Source: Escherichia phage WG01
DNA: 64,000 bases
Sequence record: NC_031928.1
Strand: one strand, 5' to 3'
The notes beneath the pieces were generated by a model. The model made no database searches. It was given only the letters and a program-made list of their open reading frames with translations, and had not been told where the DNA came from. A program made the position numbers and the translations under genes. Each line of letters opens with the position of its first letter. The stretch's first letter is position 1. This document shows, one piece after another, positions 53,217 to 63,691 of the stretch.

Positions 53217-54936
53217 TCAGAATAGTTTTCGTCGCAATAAACTGATTGAAGAAATGGCTCCTCAGCGTCGTGCTGAGGCGCTAGCCCAAACTCAGAACGA
53301 CGAATTAGGAAATATATCAGATGTTTTATCCGATTCCCAGGCGGCGTCTGAATTGCTCTCTGAAGTTGTTGAGACAAAGTCTAACCAGATTATTAATTCT
53401 GTAGACCGAGTAGACAAAAGCGTCCAAGATGTTGTCGCTGGAACAGAATTAACGGCCGAAGCCATATCAGAACAAACCCAACAGTCTAAAGCTCTTTCGG
53501 ATGCATTAAACGAAAAGATTAATAAGCTTTCTAATATGTTGGAGGCTAAATTTTCTGGTATTTCTATTCCACCGGAAGGGAGCTCATTAAAGGTTATTGA
53601 AGACTCTATTCCAGAAGAACCTAAGGCCGAAACTCCTAAAGTTCCTGCTGTTGTTGAAGATATTCTTCCACCTGAAGATAATAAACCTGACGCCGAATTT
53701 ATGCCTGAGCCTCCTAAAAATTCAGATGAAGGTAAAGAAGGTGATAAGACTTCTCTTTCTGATAAAATTGAAGCCCTTACTAAAATAACTGAAAAGGGAT
53801 TTAAAGCTTCTATAGGCGTCGCTGATAGAATTTCAGGCATGCTTTTTAAGTATACCATTACCGCTGCCGCTGAAGCTGCTAAACTCGCAGCAGGTTTAGT
53901 CCTTTTAATATTTGGTATAGATGCCATTCGCGTATACTTCCAATATTTCATGGACCAATTTGAGTCAGGGTGGAAAGAATTTAACGATAAGTTTAAAGAG
54001 TGGGGACCATTACTTGAAGGGCTAATGACATGGGCCAAGAATGCTGAAGCCATGTTTAGTGAAGGAAACTGGTTAGGTCTGGCTGAAGCTATTATTCGTG
54101 GTATGGTTAATCTTACCAAAAATATGGCACAACTTTTAATGCTTGGTATTTCTAAGTTGATTTCTGCTATTTTAAGTAAAATACCTGGTATGGGTGATTT
54201 AGCTGAAAACGTAGAGGCTTCTGCTTTAATGTCATATCAGCAAAATACCGGAGCCACTTTGGACGATGAAGACCAAACTAAAGTGGCCAAGTACCATGAT
54301 AGACGTTCAGCCGAGGCTTTAGAAACAGCCGAGAAAATGAATAAGAAGTATAAGGATAAACCTGAGCTTATAAACCAGGCAGAGAAATACGGTAATCTTA
54401 CTAAAGAACAAGCCGACCAATTACGCGCAGGTGGAATTGACACAAGCTTCCGTGACCTCCCTGAAGAAGAACGTTTAGAGTATTTCAAGAAACGTGATAA
54501 AGCTCAGGCTGATATTATTCGTTTGACACAAACCGCTGATAATATAATGAAGCCAGATTCTAAAGATATCGAAAATGCTAAAGCATTTAAAGCTGATATC
54601 GAGAAACAATTGGCCGACCCTATTATGGCTAAAGGTGGGGCACCGAAAGACCTTAATATCCAGCAATTACTTGATAAGATGAATAAATCTTTAGAGAAAT
54701 TTAATGAAGCTGAAAAGCCTAAACCTGCTTCTGTAGCGGAATCTCCTGAAAATACCCAGGTTAAAAAGGTTGATGAGCAAATGAGAGCAAAGGAAAATGC
54801 TAAATATAGTCAGCAAGCTCCAACTCAAATAAATCAGCAAACGAATATCAAGAAAACGAGTAAGACAAGCTATAATATGCCTCCACAGTCCTCTACTCCT
54901 GCTCCTGGTATGCGTCAAGCTACTAAAGTTAATTAG
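53200..54936 (+). CDS. 29: tail length tape-measure / baseplate hub protein gp29
   Basis: 578 aa (T4 590 aa); extended helical, low-complexity. Confidence 0.85.
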   Translation: MKNESNQNSFRRNKLIEEMAPQRRAEALAQTQNDELGNISDVLSDSQAASELLSEVVETKSNQIINSVDRVDKSVQDVVAGTELTAEAISEQTQQSKALSDALNEKINKLSNMLEAKFSGISIPPEGSSLKVIEDSIPEEPKAETPKVPAVVEDILPPEDNKPDAEFMPEPPKNSDEGKEGDKTSLSDKIEALTKITEKGFKASIGVADRISGMLFKYTITAAAEAAKLAAGLVLLIFGIDAIRVYFQYFMDQFESGWKEFNDKFKEWGPLLEGLMTWAKNAEAMFSEGNWLGLAEAIIRGMVNLTKNMAQLLMLGISKLISAILSKIPGMGDLAENVEASALMSYQQNTGATLDDEDQTKVAKYHDRRSAEALETAEKMNKKYKDKPELINQAEKYGNLTKEQADQLRAGGIDTSFRDLPEEERLEYFKKRDKAQADIIRLTQTADNIMKPDSKDIENAKAFKADIEKQLADPIMAKGGAPKDLNIQQLLDKMNKSLEKFNEAEKPKPASVAESPENTQVKKVDEQMRAKENAKYSQQAPTQINQQTNIKKTSKTSYNMPPQSSTPAPGMRQATKVN

Positions 54937-54944
54937 GATTAATA

Positions 54945-56033
54945 ATGAAAGTAAAAGAACTTGACTTTGATGTAGCCTCCTTGTTTAAAGGAGGTTCAAA
55001 GACCTCCGCAGGTCAATCTAAAACACCACCAATAAAAACCACGGTAACCGCTCAGTATCCAGCTGAGCGGGCTTCAGGTAATGATACCTCAACCGATATG
55101 GTATTAAACGACCTCTATAAAAATGGATTGCTTTTTACCGCATATAATTTTAGTTCTCGTGTATCTCCGGATTTGCGTAACGACCGTTCGAGTCAAATGA
55201 CTAAAAAGTTCTCAAGTGCAGCCAGCAAATTAACAGGCAATAGTGGAACATATAGTGCTGTTAAAAACTTATTTGGTGGAAATACTAAGGGCGTTAAATT
55301 TGATACCCAAGCCTTAGCTAATATCCTTTTACCTCGTTCTAAATCTGATGTGGATTCCGTATCACACAAATTTAATGATGTTGGTGAGTCCTTAATTACT
55401 AAAGGCGGTGGTACTGCTACAGGTATTTTAAGTAACGTTGCTAGTACCGCGGTATTTGGTGCATTAGAATCTGTGACTAACGGCGTAATGGCTGATTCAG
55501 GCGAACAGATATACACTACAGCTCGTAGTATGTACGCCGGTCCGGATAACCGTACTAAGGTATTCACTTGGGAAATGACTCCACGAAATGCCCAAGACCT
55601 TATCCAGATTATTAAAATATACGAAATCTTCAACTATTATTCTTACGGCGAAACGGGTAATTCGGCTTTCGCAGGTGAATTAAAAGAGAAGATTGATACT
55701 TGGTATCGTTCTACATTTAAAAAAGAAGCTATTGACAAGTTTGATGGTAAGCTATTAGGGGAAAGTATTACAAGCTTCCTTTCTAATGTTATTGTGGTAA
55801 GTAACCCAACCATTTGGTATATCCGAAACTTTGGTGATAGCAGTTCATATGATGGTCGTGAAGATATTTTTGGCCCATGCCAAATCCAGAGTATCCGTTT
55901 TGATAAAACTCCGGACGGCCATTTTAACGGATTGGCTATTGCTCCTAACTTACCATCTACGTTTAGTTTAGAAGTTACTTTCCGTGAAATTATTACTCTG
56001 AACCGTGGCTCACTTTATACGGAAGGATTCTAA
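54945..56033 (+). CDS. 48: baseplate-tail tube junction protein gp48
   Basis: 362 aa (T4 364 aa). Confidence 0.85.
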   Translation: MKVKELDFDVASLFKGGSKTSAGQSKTPPIKTTVTAQYPAERASGNDTSTDMVLNDLYKNGLLFTAYNFSSRVSPDLRNDRSSQMTKKFSSAASKLTGNSGTYSAVKNLFGGNTKGVKFDTQALANILLPRSKSDVDSVSHKFNDVGESLITKGGGTATGILSNVASTAVFGALESVTNGVMADSGEQIYTTARSMYAGPDNRTKVFTWEMTPRNAQDLIQIIKIYEIFNYYSYGETGNSAFAGELKEKIDTWYRSTFKKEAIDKFDGKLLGESITSFLSNVIVVSNPTIWYIRNFGDSSSYDGREDIFGPCQIQSIRFDKTPDGHFNGLAIAPNLPSTFSLEVTFREIITLNRGSLYTEGF

Positions 56034-56962
56034 TGTATACTTTACAAGAATTTCAGAATCAGGCAATTAATATTGACCTACAAAGGAATAACCTGTTTAG
56101 TGTGGTATTTGCCACAGTTCCTTCTTCTAAATCTCAGACGCTCCTCGACCAGTTCGGTGGAGCTTTATTTAACAATATCCCATTGAATAGCGATTTGTTT
56201 GGTATTACACAAGGAGAGTTGACCCAAGGTGTTACGACATTAGTGACAGCGGGCACTCAGAAGTTGATTCGTAAGTCAGGCATAAGTAAATATTTGATTG
56301 GAGCTATGTCATCCAGGGTTGTGCAGAGCTTACTAGGAGAGTTTGAAGTAGGTACATATCTGATGGATTTTTTCAATATGGCCTATCCTACGGCAGGTCT
56401 TTTAGTCCACGCCGTTAAAATCCCGGATAATACTTTGAACTATGAAATGGATTTGAACCACAACTCACCTAACATCAAAATTACCGGAAGAGAATATTCT
56501 CCATTAGTATTAAGCTTCCGTATGGATTCTGAAGCTGCTAACTACCGTGCTTTTAATGATTGGGTCAATAGTGTTCAAGACCCTATTACACAATTAAGAG
56601 CATTACCGGAGGATGTTGAAGCTGACATTCAAGTCAACCTTCATTCCCGTAATGGATTACCCCATACAGTAGTAATGCTTAATGGTTGCGTTCCAATGAG
56701 CGTATCTTCCCCGGAATTATCTTACGACGGTGATAACCAAATTGCTTCATTTGATGTTACATTTGCTTATAGAAGTGTACAGACTGGTGCAGTTGGCAAA
56801 CAAGCTGCTTATGAATGGTTGGAAGATAAAGTCCTTAAAGGCGTGGCGGGTATAAGTGAGAGCAATTCCCTGAGTTCTTCAGTAGCTAAATTAAGCCGAC
56901 TTTCAGGAGCTTCTAGTGGATTAACAGGATTGGTTAATAGTGGAATATCGAGGTTGTTATAA
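56033..56962 (+). CDS. 54: baseplate-tail tube initiator protein gp54
   Basis: 309 aa (T4 320 aa); terminator downstream. Confidence 0.85.
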   Translation: MYTLQEFQNQAINIDLQRNNLFSVVFATVPSSKSQTLLDQFGGALFNNIPLNSDLFGITQGELTQGVTTLVTAGTQKLIRKSGISKYLIGAMSSRVVQSLLGEFEVGTYLMDFFNMAYPTAGLLVHAVKIPDNTLNYEMDLNHNSPNIKITGREYSPLVLSFRMDSEAANYRAFNDWVNSVQDPITQLRALPEDVEADIQVNLHSRNGLPHTVVMLNGCVPMSVSSPELSYDGDNQIASFDVTFAYRSVQTGAVGKQAAYEWLEDKVLKGVAGISESNSLSSSVAKLSRLSGASSGLTGLVNSGISRLL

Positions 56963-56963
56963 C

Positions 56964-56995
56964 AAAAAAGGAGAGCATATGCTCTCCTTTAGGGG
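56964..56995. terminator. bidirectional terminator between gene 54 and ORF 56997..57287
   Basis: GGAGAGCATATGCTCTCC hairpin flanked by an A-run and a T-run. Confidence 0.65.
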
Positions 56996-56996
56996 T

Positions 56997-57287
56997 TTAT
57001 TTACGGAACGAAATGAAACCTGCTGTGGTCATTAGTGGTTGCTTTTTAACAAACACCGTAACCGAAATAGGAGCTTCGGATTCGAGTTGTCCTGTCACTA
57101 CACCGTTAAAAATGTTTTCGGTTTGTTCTGGATAAGAAAAATTCTCAACAGGTCGGATATCAAACTGTTTGTCTTCACCGAAAACTCGACGTAATTCATT
57201 ACCCACTGCACTGTCAAACTCTTCAGAAGCAGGGATAACGTTTTCAACTACCAGTTCTTGACCATTAAAACGGAATGCAGATTTCAT
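56997..57287 (-). CDS. hypothetical small protein downstream of the alt array
   Basis: 96-aa ORF with GAGGAG RBS; early-promoter cassette upstream. Confidence 0.45.
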   Translation of the reverse strand: MKSAFRFNGQELVVENVIPASEEFDSAVGNELRRVFGEDKQFDIRPVENFSYPEQTENIFNGVVTGQLESEAPISVTVFVKKQPLMTTAGFISFRK

Positions 57288-57315
57288 AATGTTCTCCTCA
57301 TGTTTGTGTAAGGTA

Positions 57316-57345
57316 ATAGTACCACATCCTTGTGGTGTTGTAAAC
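57316..57345 (-). promoter_or_regulatory. early-type promoter cassette
   Basis: GTTTAC, 18 nt, TACTAT on minus strand upstream of ORF 56997..57287. Confidence 0.45.
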
Positions 57346-59468
57346 TACATTTTGAATTTATTTGATAAAGAAGAGATATCCAAAGACGCTGCAAGGATTT
57401 CCATAGCCTCGTTGCTTTCAGAAACAGATTCATTAACCAAGAATTGACTGAACCCATCCATCAGGCGAACTTCACCAGTTTCCATCAAATGGTCACCATC
57501 GTAAACAGATTCGCTGAGCTCTGAAGGAGGTGTTACGGTAGCTTCCATAAGGTATTTGTGAGATACTCTATCATTCATGGCAAAAGCCGCTACTTTATCA
57601 ACCTTCAACAATAATCCACGCGGAAGGATAATTTCTGCTTCTTCGGCATATTCTGTAAGGTCACCAGGAGCGATAACTTTAACTGCTTCAGCACCTCGAA
57701 TAACCATACCAATTTCAGCAATTCTATCTGCAGGACCTTCAGGTGCAATTGGATTACCAAACTCGTCTTCTTCCCATTCTACCTCTTCGTCATCGACTTC
57801 ACCTACATCAGATGAACTACCACTAGCCAATTTAAACAACTCATCAGCGGAGGATAAAGAACCTTCACCGCCAACAAAAACGGCTTGGTTGTCGAGGGCC
57901 ATATAATTTTTACCAAATTCACCAAAGATGTTAGGTTTTAGTGAGGCTGACACAAAGTTCTTAAAGTAAAATGTTTTGTTATCGATATTATGGCGCAGAA
58001 TTTTGTATGGCAAATCCTGACCACGATACAAAATAGTACCCTTAGGAAGTTTAATACCCTTAGTAAATGCCGAGTCTAAATCCTTAATCAATTTAATAGC
58101 CGTTGTATTGTTTTCGGATTCAGGTTTACCTAAAAGGAATAAGTTCATAGGAGCATATTCAGCCGCGCAATATTCAATAATAGCATTGCTTTCGTCTTTG
58201 GTTAGGTCCTTAGGTTTAATGAGCTCGCCTGAATAAGCATATGCATCACTAATAGAATCGTTAACCAGTTTATAAACGGCTTCCATAGCGAAAGCAATTC
58301 TAGATGCTTTCTCTGAAGGGGAACCCTTAAAACGGGTACTCAGGTTATTAACAATTTTCTTAATAATATCCAGACTATTGGTTGTATTGATTTGCGAAAG
58401 GCCACTTAAAAGTCTATCGACTTCTGTATTAAAAAATGCCATATTATTAGAGTAAATTTCAAACCCTTGTTTATCTCTATTAGCATAATTTAGTTTAAAT
58501 TTACTATCAGTCATTAAAGCGTGTGTGAGAGCAATAGTGTATCTAAAGTTGGCAAGGTCCTCGCTCTTAGATTTAAACTGAGAAGCCTGACGCATTTTAG
58601 TAATGGCACCTTTTTTAAAGTTCTGACTAATCTGTTCAATACCTTCGTTCTCAGGGCCTTCAGCCGTGTGAACCGGTACAGAAGCTTCAAACTCGTTATA
58701 AACCTGCAATTCTTTAGGGGACAAAGTTTCAGGCTCAGCAGTAGAATACTGCGCCGCCGCTGCCATACGACGCGAAATCTTAGTACGAGTAATGACAGCC
58801 TTATCAGTACGTTTCTCTTCAACTTGTGCAATAGATGCCGCTACGGCTTCGACCTTACTTACAGCCTGGCCGGTTTTCTTAGAAACATACACTTCGCCAA
58901 CTTTAGACTCAACTTTAGTATAAAGATCGGCATTAATTTCAGGCATACCCTTGATATCTTCAATATTAGCACCACGACGTACTAAAAGAACGTAGGTATG
59001 TTTTCCGCTGAATTGGAACATGTCGTCAACAACTTTAAACTTACCACCGGTACGAGCCATAGCCAAGCGAGCTAATACGCGCTGAACGGTAGGACCTTTA
59101 CCTTTCATTTTCTTGGTAGGGAACCGGAAAAGAACTGCATCCATTTTAAGTTTGTTTACTTGTTCGTATACAGTATCAAAAATGGTATTCAGCGTACCAA
59201 GTGGGTCAGAACCTAACCCACCTTTCAACTCGGCTGGGCTACCCTTAGCAGACAAACTCATCAAAATAACATGAACATATTTGTCGCCCGGCTTAACCAT
59301 TTTAATAGCGTCTCCTTGAGACGCATAAGATACCATACGAGCAACCAGATTATCATTACCTGGTGCTTGGATAGAGAAAATCTGTGGAATACCGGAACCC
59401 GGTTTAAGATTTGTTACTGGATAGTTTTTAGCGGAATCACTATCAAAAACCTCATTTAAATTTTCCAT
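57345..59468 (-). CDS. alt: Alt-like ADP-ribosyltransferase, paralog A
   Basis: 707 aa (T4 Alt 682 aa); conserved N-terminal module; C-terminal ART motifs ILYRGQ, FVSASL, EEAEIILPRG. Confidence 0.8.
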   Translation of the reverse strand: MENLNEVFDSDSAKNYPVTNLKPGSGIPQIFSIQAPGNDNLVARMVSYASQGDAIKMVKPGDKYVHVILMSLSAKGSPAELKGGLGSDPLGTLNTIFDTVYEQVNKLKMDAVLFRFPTKKMKGKGPTVQRVLARLAMARTGGKFKVVDDMFQFSGKHTYVLLVRRGANIEDIKGMPEINADLYTKVESKVGEVYVSKKTGQAVSKVEAVAASIAQVEEKRTDKAVITRTKISRRMAAAAQYSTAEPETLSPKELQVYNEFEASVPVHTAEGPENEGIEQISQNFKKGAITKMRQASQFKSKSEDLANFRYTIALTHALMTDSKFKLNYANRDKQGFEIYSNNMAFFNTEVDRLLSGLSQINTTNSLDIIKKIVNNLSTRFKGSPSEKASRIAFAMEAVYKLVNDSISDAYAYSGELIKPKDLTKDESNAIIEYCAAEYAPMNLFLLGKPESENNTTAIKLIKDLDSAFTKGIKLPKGTILYRGQDLPYKILRHNIDNKTFYFKNFVSASLKPNIFGEFGKNYMALDNQAVFVGGEGSLSSADELFKLASGSSSDVGEVDDEEVEWEEDEFGNPIAPEGPADRIAEIGMVIRGAEAVKVIAPGDLTEYAEEAEIILPRGLLLKVDKVAAFAMNDRVSHKYLMEATVTPPSELSESVYDGDHLMETGEVRLMDGFSQFLVNESVSESNEAMEILAASLDISSLSNKFKM

Positions 59469-59471
59469 TAT

Positions 59472-61553
59472 TTACCCTTGGATGAATTTTTCTGGGATGT
59501 CATAGAGGTCTATGCATGAAGCCAAAAGAGGCAGTACATCAAACCGTGTAGATTTAACAAATGAATCAAAAGATAAGGGGCTTTCGGAAGTATCGAAGTC
59601 ATCTTGATATACGACCAACTCGCCGGTTTCCATTAGTACATCACCATCATATACCACAGATTCTTGAAGCTCATCTGTTGTCATAACTTCAGCTTGAATG
59701 AGTTTTGTATTACTAGATGTTGTTCCATCATTATTAGAAGCATCTGTTATTTTATTAACTTTGACCATTAATCCACGCGGTAGAATAACTTCAGCTTCAG
59801 TTGCTATTCCGAGATTTCCTGGATATACGACATTAACTTTATGGGCCCCATCAATAGCCCATCCTATTTGAACTTTAACATAATCAGGATTTTCTTTATA
59901 TGCTCTTATTTCATTAGGATTAATAGTTATTCCTTCTTCATTTTTATCAACTGTCAATTCGTTGCGAACTTCCGGTTCTAAAAGACCAATACCAGCGTGC
60001 GTAACACCAAAACGTCCGAAAATTATAGGAGTTAAAGAAGTAGATACAAAATTTCTAAAATAAAACACTTTATTTTTAACTAGTGCTTCGTATATAGGAG
60101 CAGTCATACTCTGGGCACGATAAACTGTAATGCCTTCCGGTATACGGTCACCATTTTCAAAAGCTGAATCTAAATTATTTACAGCGGATTCGATATCTTT
60201 TTCGCTCATAACCTCATAGTTCTGAGGATTATAACGTCCTAAAAGAAGATTATTTATGTCTGTATATCCTGAACCACAATATTCTCTGATACCACGCTTT
60301 TGTGATGGAGTATATTTAGAACCTTCACGAGCAATAGTAATATCAACCATAATACCACCACCCACACCAGCAAAACTATACACGCGTTTTTTAATGAACT
60401 TAGTCTTGGCTGCTTTCCACTTGGCCTCTGTCAATTCGTTCCAAAGGTCATCAGGTTGGCCTTTACGAGTTCTGTTATGGATAGCCAGCCACTCGCCTTT
60501 ATATTCTTCGAAAATGGTATTAATAGCAGAGGCATATTTTTCTAGAGCTTTAACAGATGTCAAAGGTTCGTTTTTTATTGCTGTAAGAATTTTCTCTTTA
60601 ATTTTCTCTTGGATTTCACCAATACCGTGAAGTGGGAACAATTTATAGTCGTAATGCAATTCTTCAGCAGTGCCTTCAGCTACTATATTAGCAACCTTAT
60701 TTTTAGCCGCAGGAGAATTGTTATTAGTAACCATTTCCTGAGCCTCAGGGATTAATGGAACTGTTGCCGGTTTATTAAAATCCGCTGCAGTAGCTTCATA
60801 TTTCTTAAACAATTCACTTTCATTACGATAAGATTCCAATGATTGGCTTGCTGCAATGGCGCGCCTAGAAATCTTAGTCTTGGTTATAACCATTTTATCA
60901 GTGCGACGTTCTTCAACCTTAGCAATACTACCGGCGATAGCAGTTTCTTTAGTAACCTGCACGCCTTCTTTTTTAGAAATATAAACTTCACCGACATCAG
61001 AATCTACCTTAGTATACAATTCAGCATTAATTCCAGGCATACCTTTGATATCTTCTATATCAGCTTGTTTACGAACTACCAGGATGTAAGTATGTTTACC
61101 GGTAAATTGGTACATAGCCGGAACTACTTTAAAACGTCCACCTGTTTTCTGTGCTACCAAACGTTGGATAATCCGTTGAACGATAGGGCCTTGACCTTTC
61201 ATTTTCTTAGTAGGGAAACGGAACATCACGGCATCCATACGAAGCTTTTTAACCTGTTCGAATACTACGTCGAAAATGGTATTAATAGCATCAATAGGAG
61301 TAGGGCCTAAGCCACCTTTAAGTTCTGCTGGAGTACCTTTAGCTGAAAGGCTCATAAGGATAACGTGGGCATATTTATCACCCATCTTAACCTGTTTAAT
61401 AGCATCGCCTTCAGAAGCATAGGATACCATACGTGCTACTAACTGAGACTCCGCGTCTCCAATCTTCCAAATCTGAGGTACTTTAAGTTTTGGGTTCAAG
61501 TTCACAACAGGCAGTGTACCTTCGGACTCGAACACTTCATTTAATTGGGTCAT
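59472..61553 (-). CDS. Alt-like ADP-ribosyltransferase, paralog B
   Basis: 693 aa; N-terminal 240 aa closely similar to paralog A; ART motifs ITVYRAQ, FVSTSL, EAEVILPRG; central region divergent. Confidence 0.8.
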   Translation of the reverse strand: MTQLNEVFESEGTLPVVNLNPKLKVPQIWKIGDAESQLVARMVSYASEGDAIKQVKMGDKYAHVILMSLSAKGTPAELKGGLGPTPIDAINTIFDVVFEQVKKLRMDAVMFRFPTKKMKGQGPIVQRIIQRLVAQKTGGRFKVVPAMYQFTGKHTYILVVRKQADIEDIKGMPGINAELYTKVDSDVGEVYISKKEGVQVTKETAIAGSIAKVEERRTDKMVITKTKISRRAIAASQSLESYRNESELFKKYEATAADFNKPATVPLIPEAQEMVTNNNSPAAKNKVANIVAEGTAEELHYDYKLFPLHGIGEIQEKIKEKILTAIKNEPLTSVKALEKYASAINTIFEEYKGEWLAIHNRTRKGQPDDLWNELTEAKWKAAKTKFIKKRVYSFAGVGGGIMVDITIAREGSKYTPSQKRGIREYCGSGYTDINNLLLGRYNPQNYEVMSEKDIESAVNNLDSAFENGDRIPEGITVYRAQSMTAPIYEALVKNKVFYFRNFVSTSLTPIIFGRFGVTHAGIGLLEPEVRNELTVDKNEEGITINPNEIRAYKENPDYVKVQIGWAIDGAHKVNVVYPGNLGIATEAEVILPRGLMVKVNKITDASNNDGTTSSNTKLIQAEVMTTDELQESVVYDGDVLMETGELVVYQDDFDTSESPLSFDSFVKSTRFDVLPLLASCIDLYDIPEKFIQG

Positions 61554-61561
61554 AATCTATC

Positions 61562-63457
61562 CTATTTAAATAAATTTGCTAATTTTTCCATAGAATCTTC
61601 ATACATAATTCTATCATAATTTCCAAACGAGAATCCGGTGCTATATGAATTTTCCTCTGTGATTTGCTCGGTAGCTACAACTTCACATTCCACTAAAACA
61701 TATTTACCAATTGAACCCATAGGTCCCTTGGAAGCACCGTATACTTTATTAATCTTAAGCATAACCCCACGAGGAAGAATTACTTCGGTTTCTGTAGACC
61801 AATTAGCCAAGTCACCGGGCACAATAACCTTAATTTTATCAGCACCTTTAATAATTAACCCTAGCTTAATGGTATCTCTAGCACTTCCGGTCGCACTTTT
61901 AATGGTGTCTTCAAGATTACTATCTATATCGCTAGAAAGAGCTTCAGGGTCTAAGTTGGATTGAGCATGACCCATTTCACCGAAAATATTAGGAGCCAAT
62001 GAAGTTGATGCAAAAATAGGAAGATACATCACCTTATGTTTTATAGAATTCAAAGCCATTTCGGTAGGCATTATCTGAGAACGATACACTATGGTTCCTT
62101 TAGGAAGTTTTGTACCATTTTCAAATGTAGAATCCAACTCACCAATCATTTTTATCATTTCATCGGTGGTATCTGTTTTACCTAGCAAAAAGTTGTTTAT
62201 ATGGTTGTAGCCGCCACGAGTATACTTTTTGACTGCCTCTTCTTGAGGTTTGGATAAATTAGGATTATCAGATATCTTAAACAACGGTTGGATAGATTTT
62301 GTATAAACTGCTACTAAGGATTTTATTACTTCCTTGATTTTAGATTCTCTAGCCCAAGTACCTTTAACTGAATCATCTAAAAGGGCCGCAGCGACTAGTC
62401 TAAGAATGTCTACATGAGATTTACCTGATTTTAAAGCCTCTATGACACTATTAGATTTATCTAAAGAATCTGATGCCTCTAAAGCAAACTTTATATCAGC
62501 AATTAGTTTAAGTTTGCGCTCGTCTACTTCAAATGATGGATTAACACCGTTAAAAATATAATCCAAATATTCTGCCATTTCTTTAGAGGCGTCTTTTAAT
62601 ATTTTATTACTGGCTAAAGCTATTTGGCTTTCTTTAGAATCTTCAGAAGAATGAACGGAACTAGTAGCAGAATAATCTGCATAAGCTTTTTTGTGCTCTG
62701 CCGAAAATTTACTCAATCCTGTAGGCTCGGCGGTAGAATATAACGCATTTATAGCGGCCCGTTTAGAAACCTTAGTCTTGGTTATAACCATTTTATCAGA
62801 ACGTGATTTTTCTATTTCGTCTATAGACTTAGCTATAGCTTCTAATTTGGTAACATCTTCGCCTGTTTTCTTTGAAACATACACATCACCGACTTCAGAT
62901 TCGACTTTAGTATACAATTCCGGATTAATATTAGGAATACCGTTTATTGATTCTATATTTTTATTTTTACGATAGATAAAAACATATGAATGTTTGCCTG
63001 TATATTGATACAAGGCATCAAGGACCTTGAATTGCCCACCTGCTCTAGTAGCTATTAATTTGGCTAGAACTCGTTGTACAGCTTTTTCCTGACCTTTCAT
63101 TTTCTTAGTAGGAAAACGGAACATAACGGCATCCATACGGAGCTTTTTAACTTGTTCATAAACCGTATCAAATATAGAACGAATAGCGGAAATGGGGTTA
63201 CTACCTAAACCACCTTTGAGTTCTGCCGGGGCCCCTTTAGATGATAGGCTCATTAAAATAATATGAACGTATTTGTCACCCGGTTTAACTTGGCGGATTG
63301 TATCACCTTCAGAAGTATATGAAACCATGCGTGCAACAAGGTTCTCATTACCTTCAGCCTTTATATTCCAAATCTGTGGTACTTTAAGTTTAGGGTTTAA
63401 ATTGACAGCTGATAAATCTATAGCGCCGTCAAATACCTCATTCAATTGTTCGGACAT
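61562..63457 (-). CDS. Alt-like ADP-ribosyltransferase, paralog C
   Basis: 631 aa; same N-terminal module; ART motifs TIVYRSQ, FASTSL, ETEVILPRG; central region divergent. Confidence 0.8.
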   Translation of the reverse strand: MSEQLNEVFDGAIDLSAVNLNPKLKVPQIWNIKAEGNENLVARMVSYTSEGDTIRQVKPGDKYVHIILMSLSSKGAPAELKGGLGSNPISAIRSIFDTVYEQVKKLRMDAVMFRFPTKKMKGQEKAVQRVLAKLIATRAGGQFKVLDALYQYTGKHSYVFIYRKNKNIESINGIPNINPELYTKVESEVGDVYVSKKTGEDVTKLEAIAKSIDEIEKSRSDKMVITKTKVSKRAAINALYSTAEPTGLSKFSAEHKKAYADYSATSSVHSSEDSKESQIALASNKILKDASKEMAEYLDYIFNGVNPSFEVDERKLKLIADIKFALEASDSLDKSNSVIEALKSGKSHVDILRLVAAALLDDSVKGTWARESKIKEVIKSLVAVYTKSIQPLFKISDNPNLSKPQEEAVKKYTRGGYNHINNFLLGKTDTTDEMIKMIGELDSTFENGTKLPKGTIVYRSQIMPTEMALNSIKHKVMYLPIFASTSLAPNIFGEMGHAQSNLDPEALSSDIDSNLEDTIKSATGSARDTIKLGLIIKGADKIKVIVPGDLANWSTETEVILPRGVMLKINKVYGASKGPMGSIGKYVLVECEVVATEQITEENSYSTGFSFGNYDRIMYEDSMEKLANLFK

Positions 63458-63479
63458 AATAATTCCTCTTTAATAACCT

Positions 63480-63487
63480 TATTTATG
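63480..63487 (-). promoter_or_regulatory. possible late promoter (CATAAATA) for the alt array
   Basis: Near-consensus late motif on minus strand 23 nt upstream of the paralog C start, just after a terminator hairpin. Confidence 0.35.
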
Positions 63488-63509
63488 CCAGAAAAGGCCC
63501 GAAGGCCTT
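63487..63509 (-). terminator. intrinsic terminator upstream of the alt array
   Basis: AAGGCCTTCGGGCCTT hairpin followed by TTTTCTGG on minus strand. Confidence 0.5.
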
Positions 63510-63690
63510 AAAGTGGTAGCAACGTACGGTATACTTCAAATTTAGGACCCTTTTCATAGCGGTCGAAATTATCTTTAAAATCAGCGAATGCGATTTCATT
63601 TTCAAATTCAAGGACAATTTGGGACACTGCAGTGGAGACATCCCCACCTTCTTTATATCCAATAACCACGGTTTCTAAATAAGCTTTCAT
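63508..63690 (-). CDS. hypothetical small protein
   Basis: ORF track 63508..63732; start moved to internal ATG at 63690 to avoid overlap; 60 aa. Confidence 0.35.
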   Translation of the reverse strand: MKAYLETVVIGYKEGGDVSTAVSQIVLEFENEIAFADFKDNFDRYEKGPKFEVYRTLLPL

Positions 63691-63691
63691 A

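Noticed and set aside
53292-54119. 275-aa minus-strand ORF inside gene 29, with similar antisense or out-of-frame ORFs at 13001..13330, 16279..17367, 38820..39311 and 58521..58985
   Set aside because: All are embedded in longer, syntenic, T4-like genes and lack independent start signals; treated as spurious.
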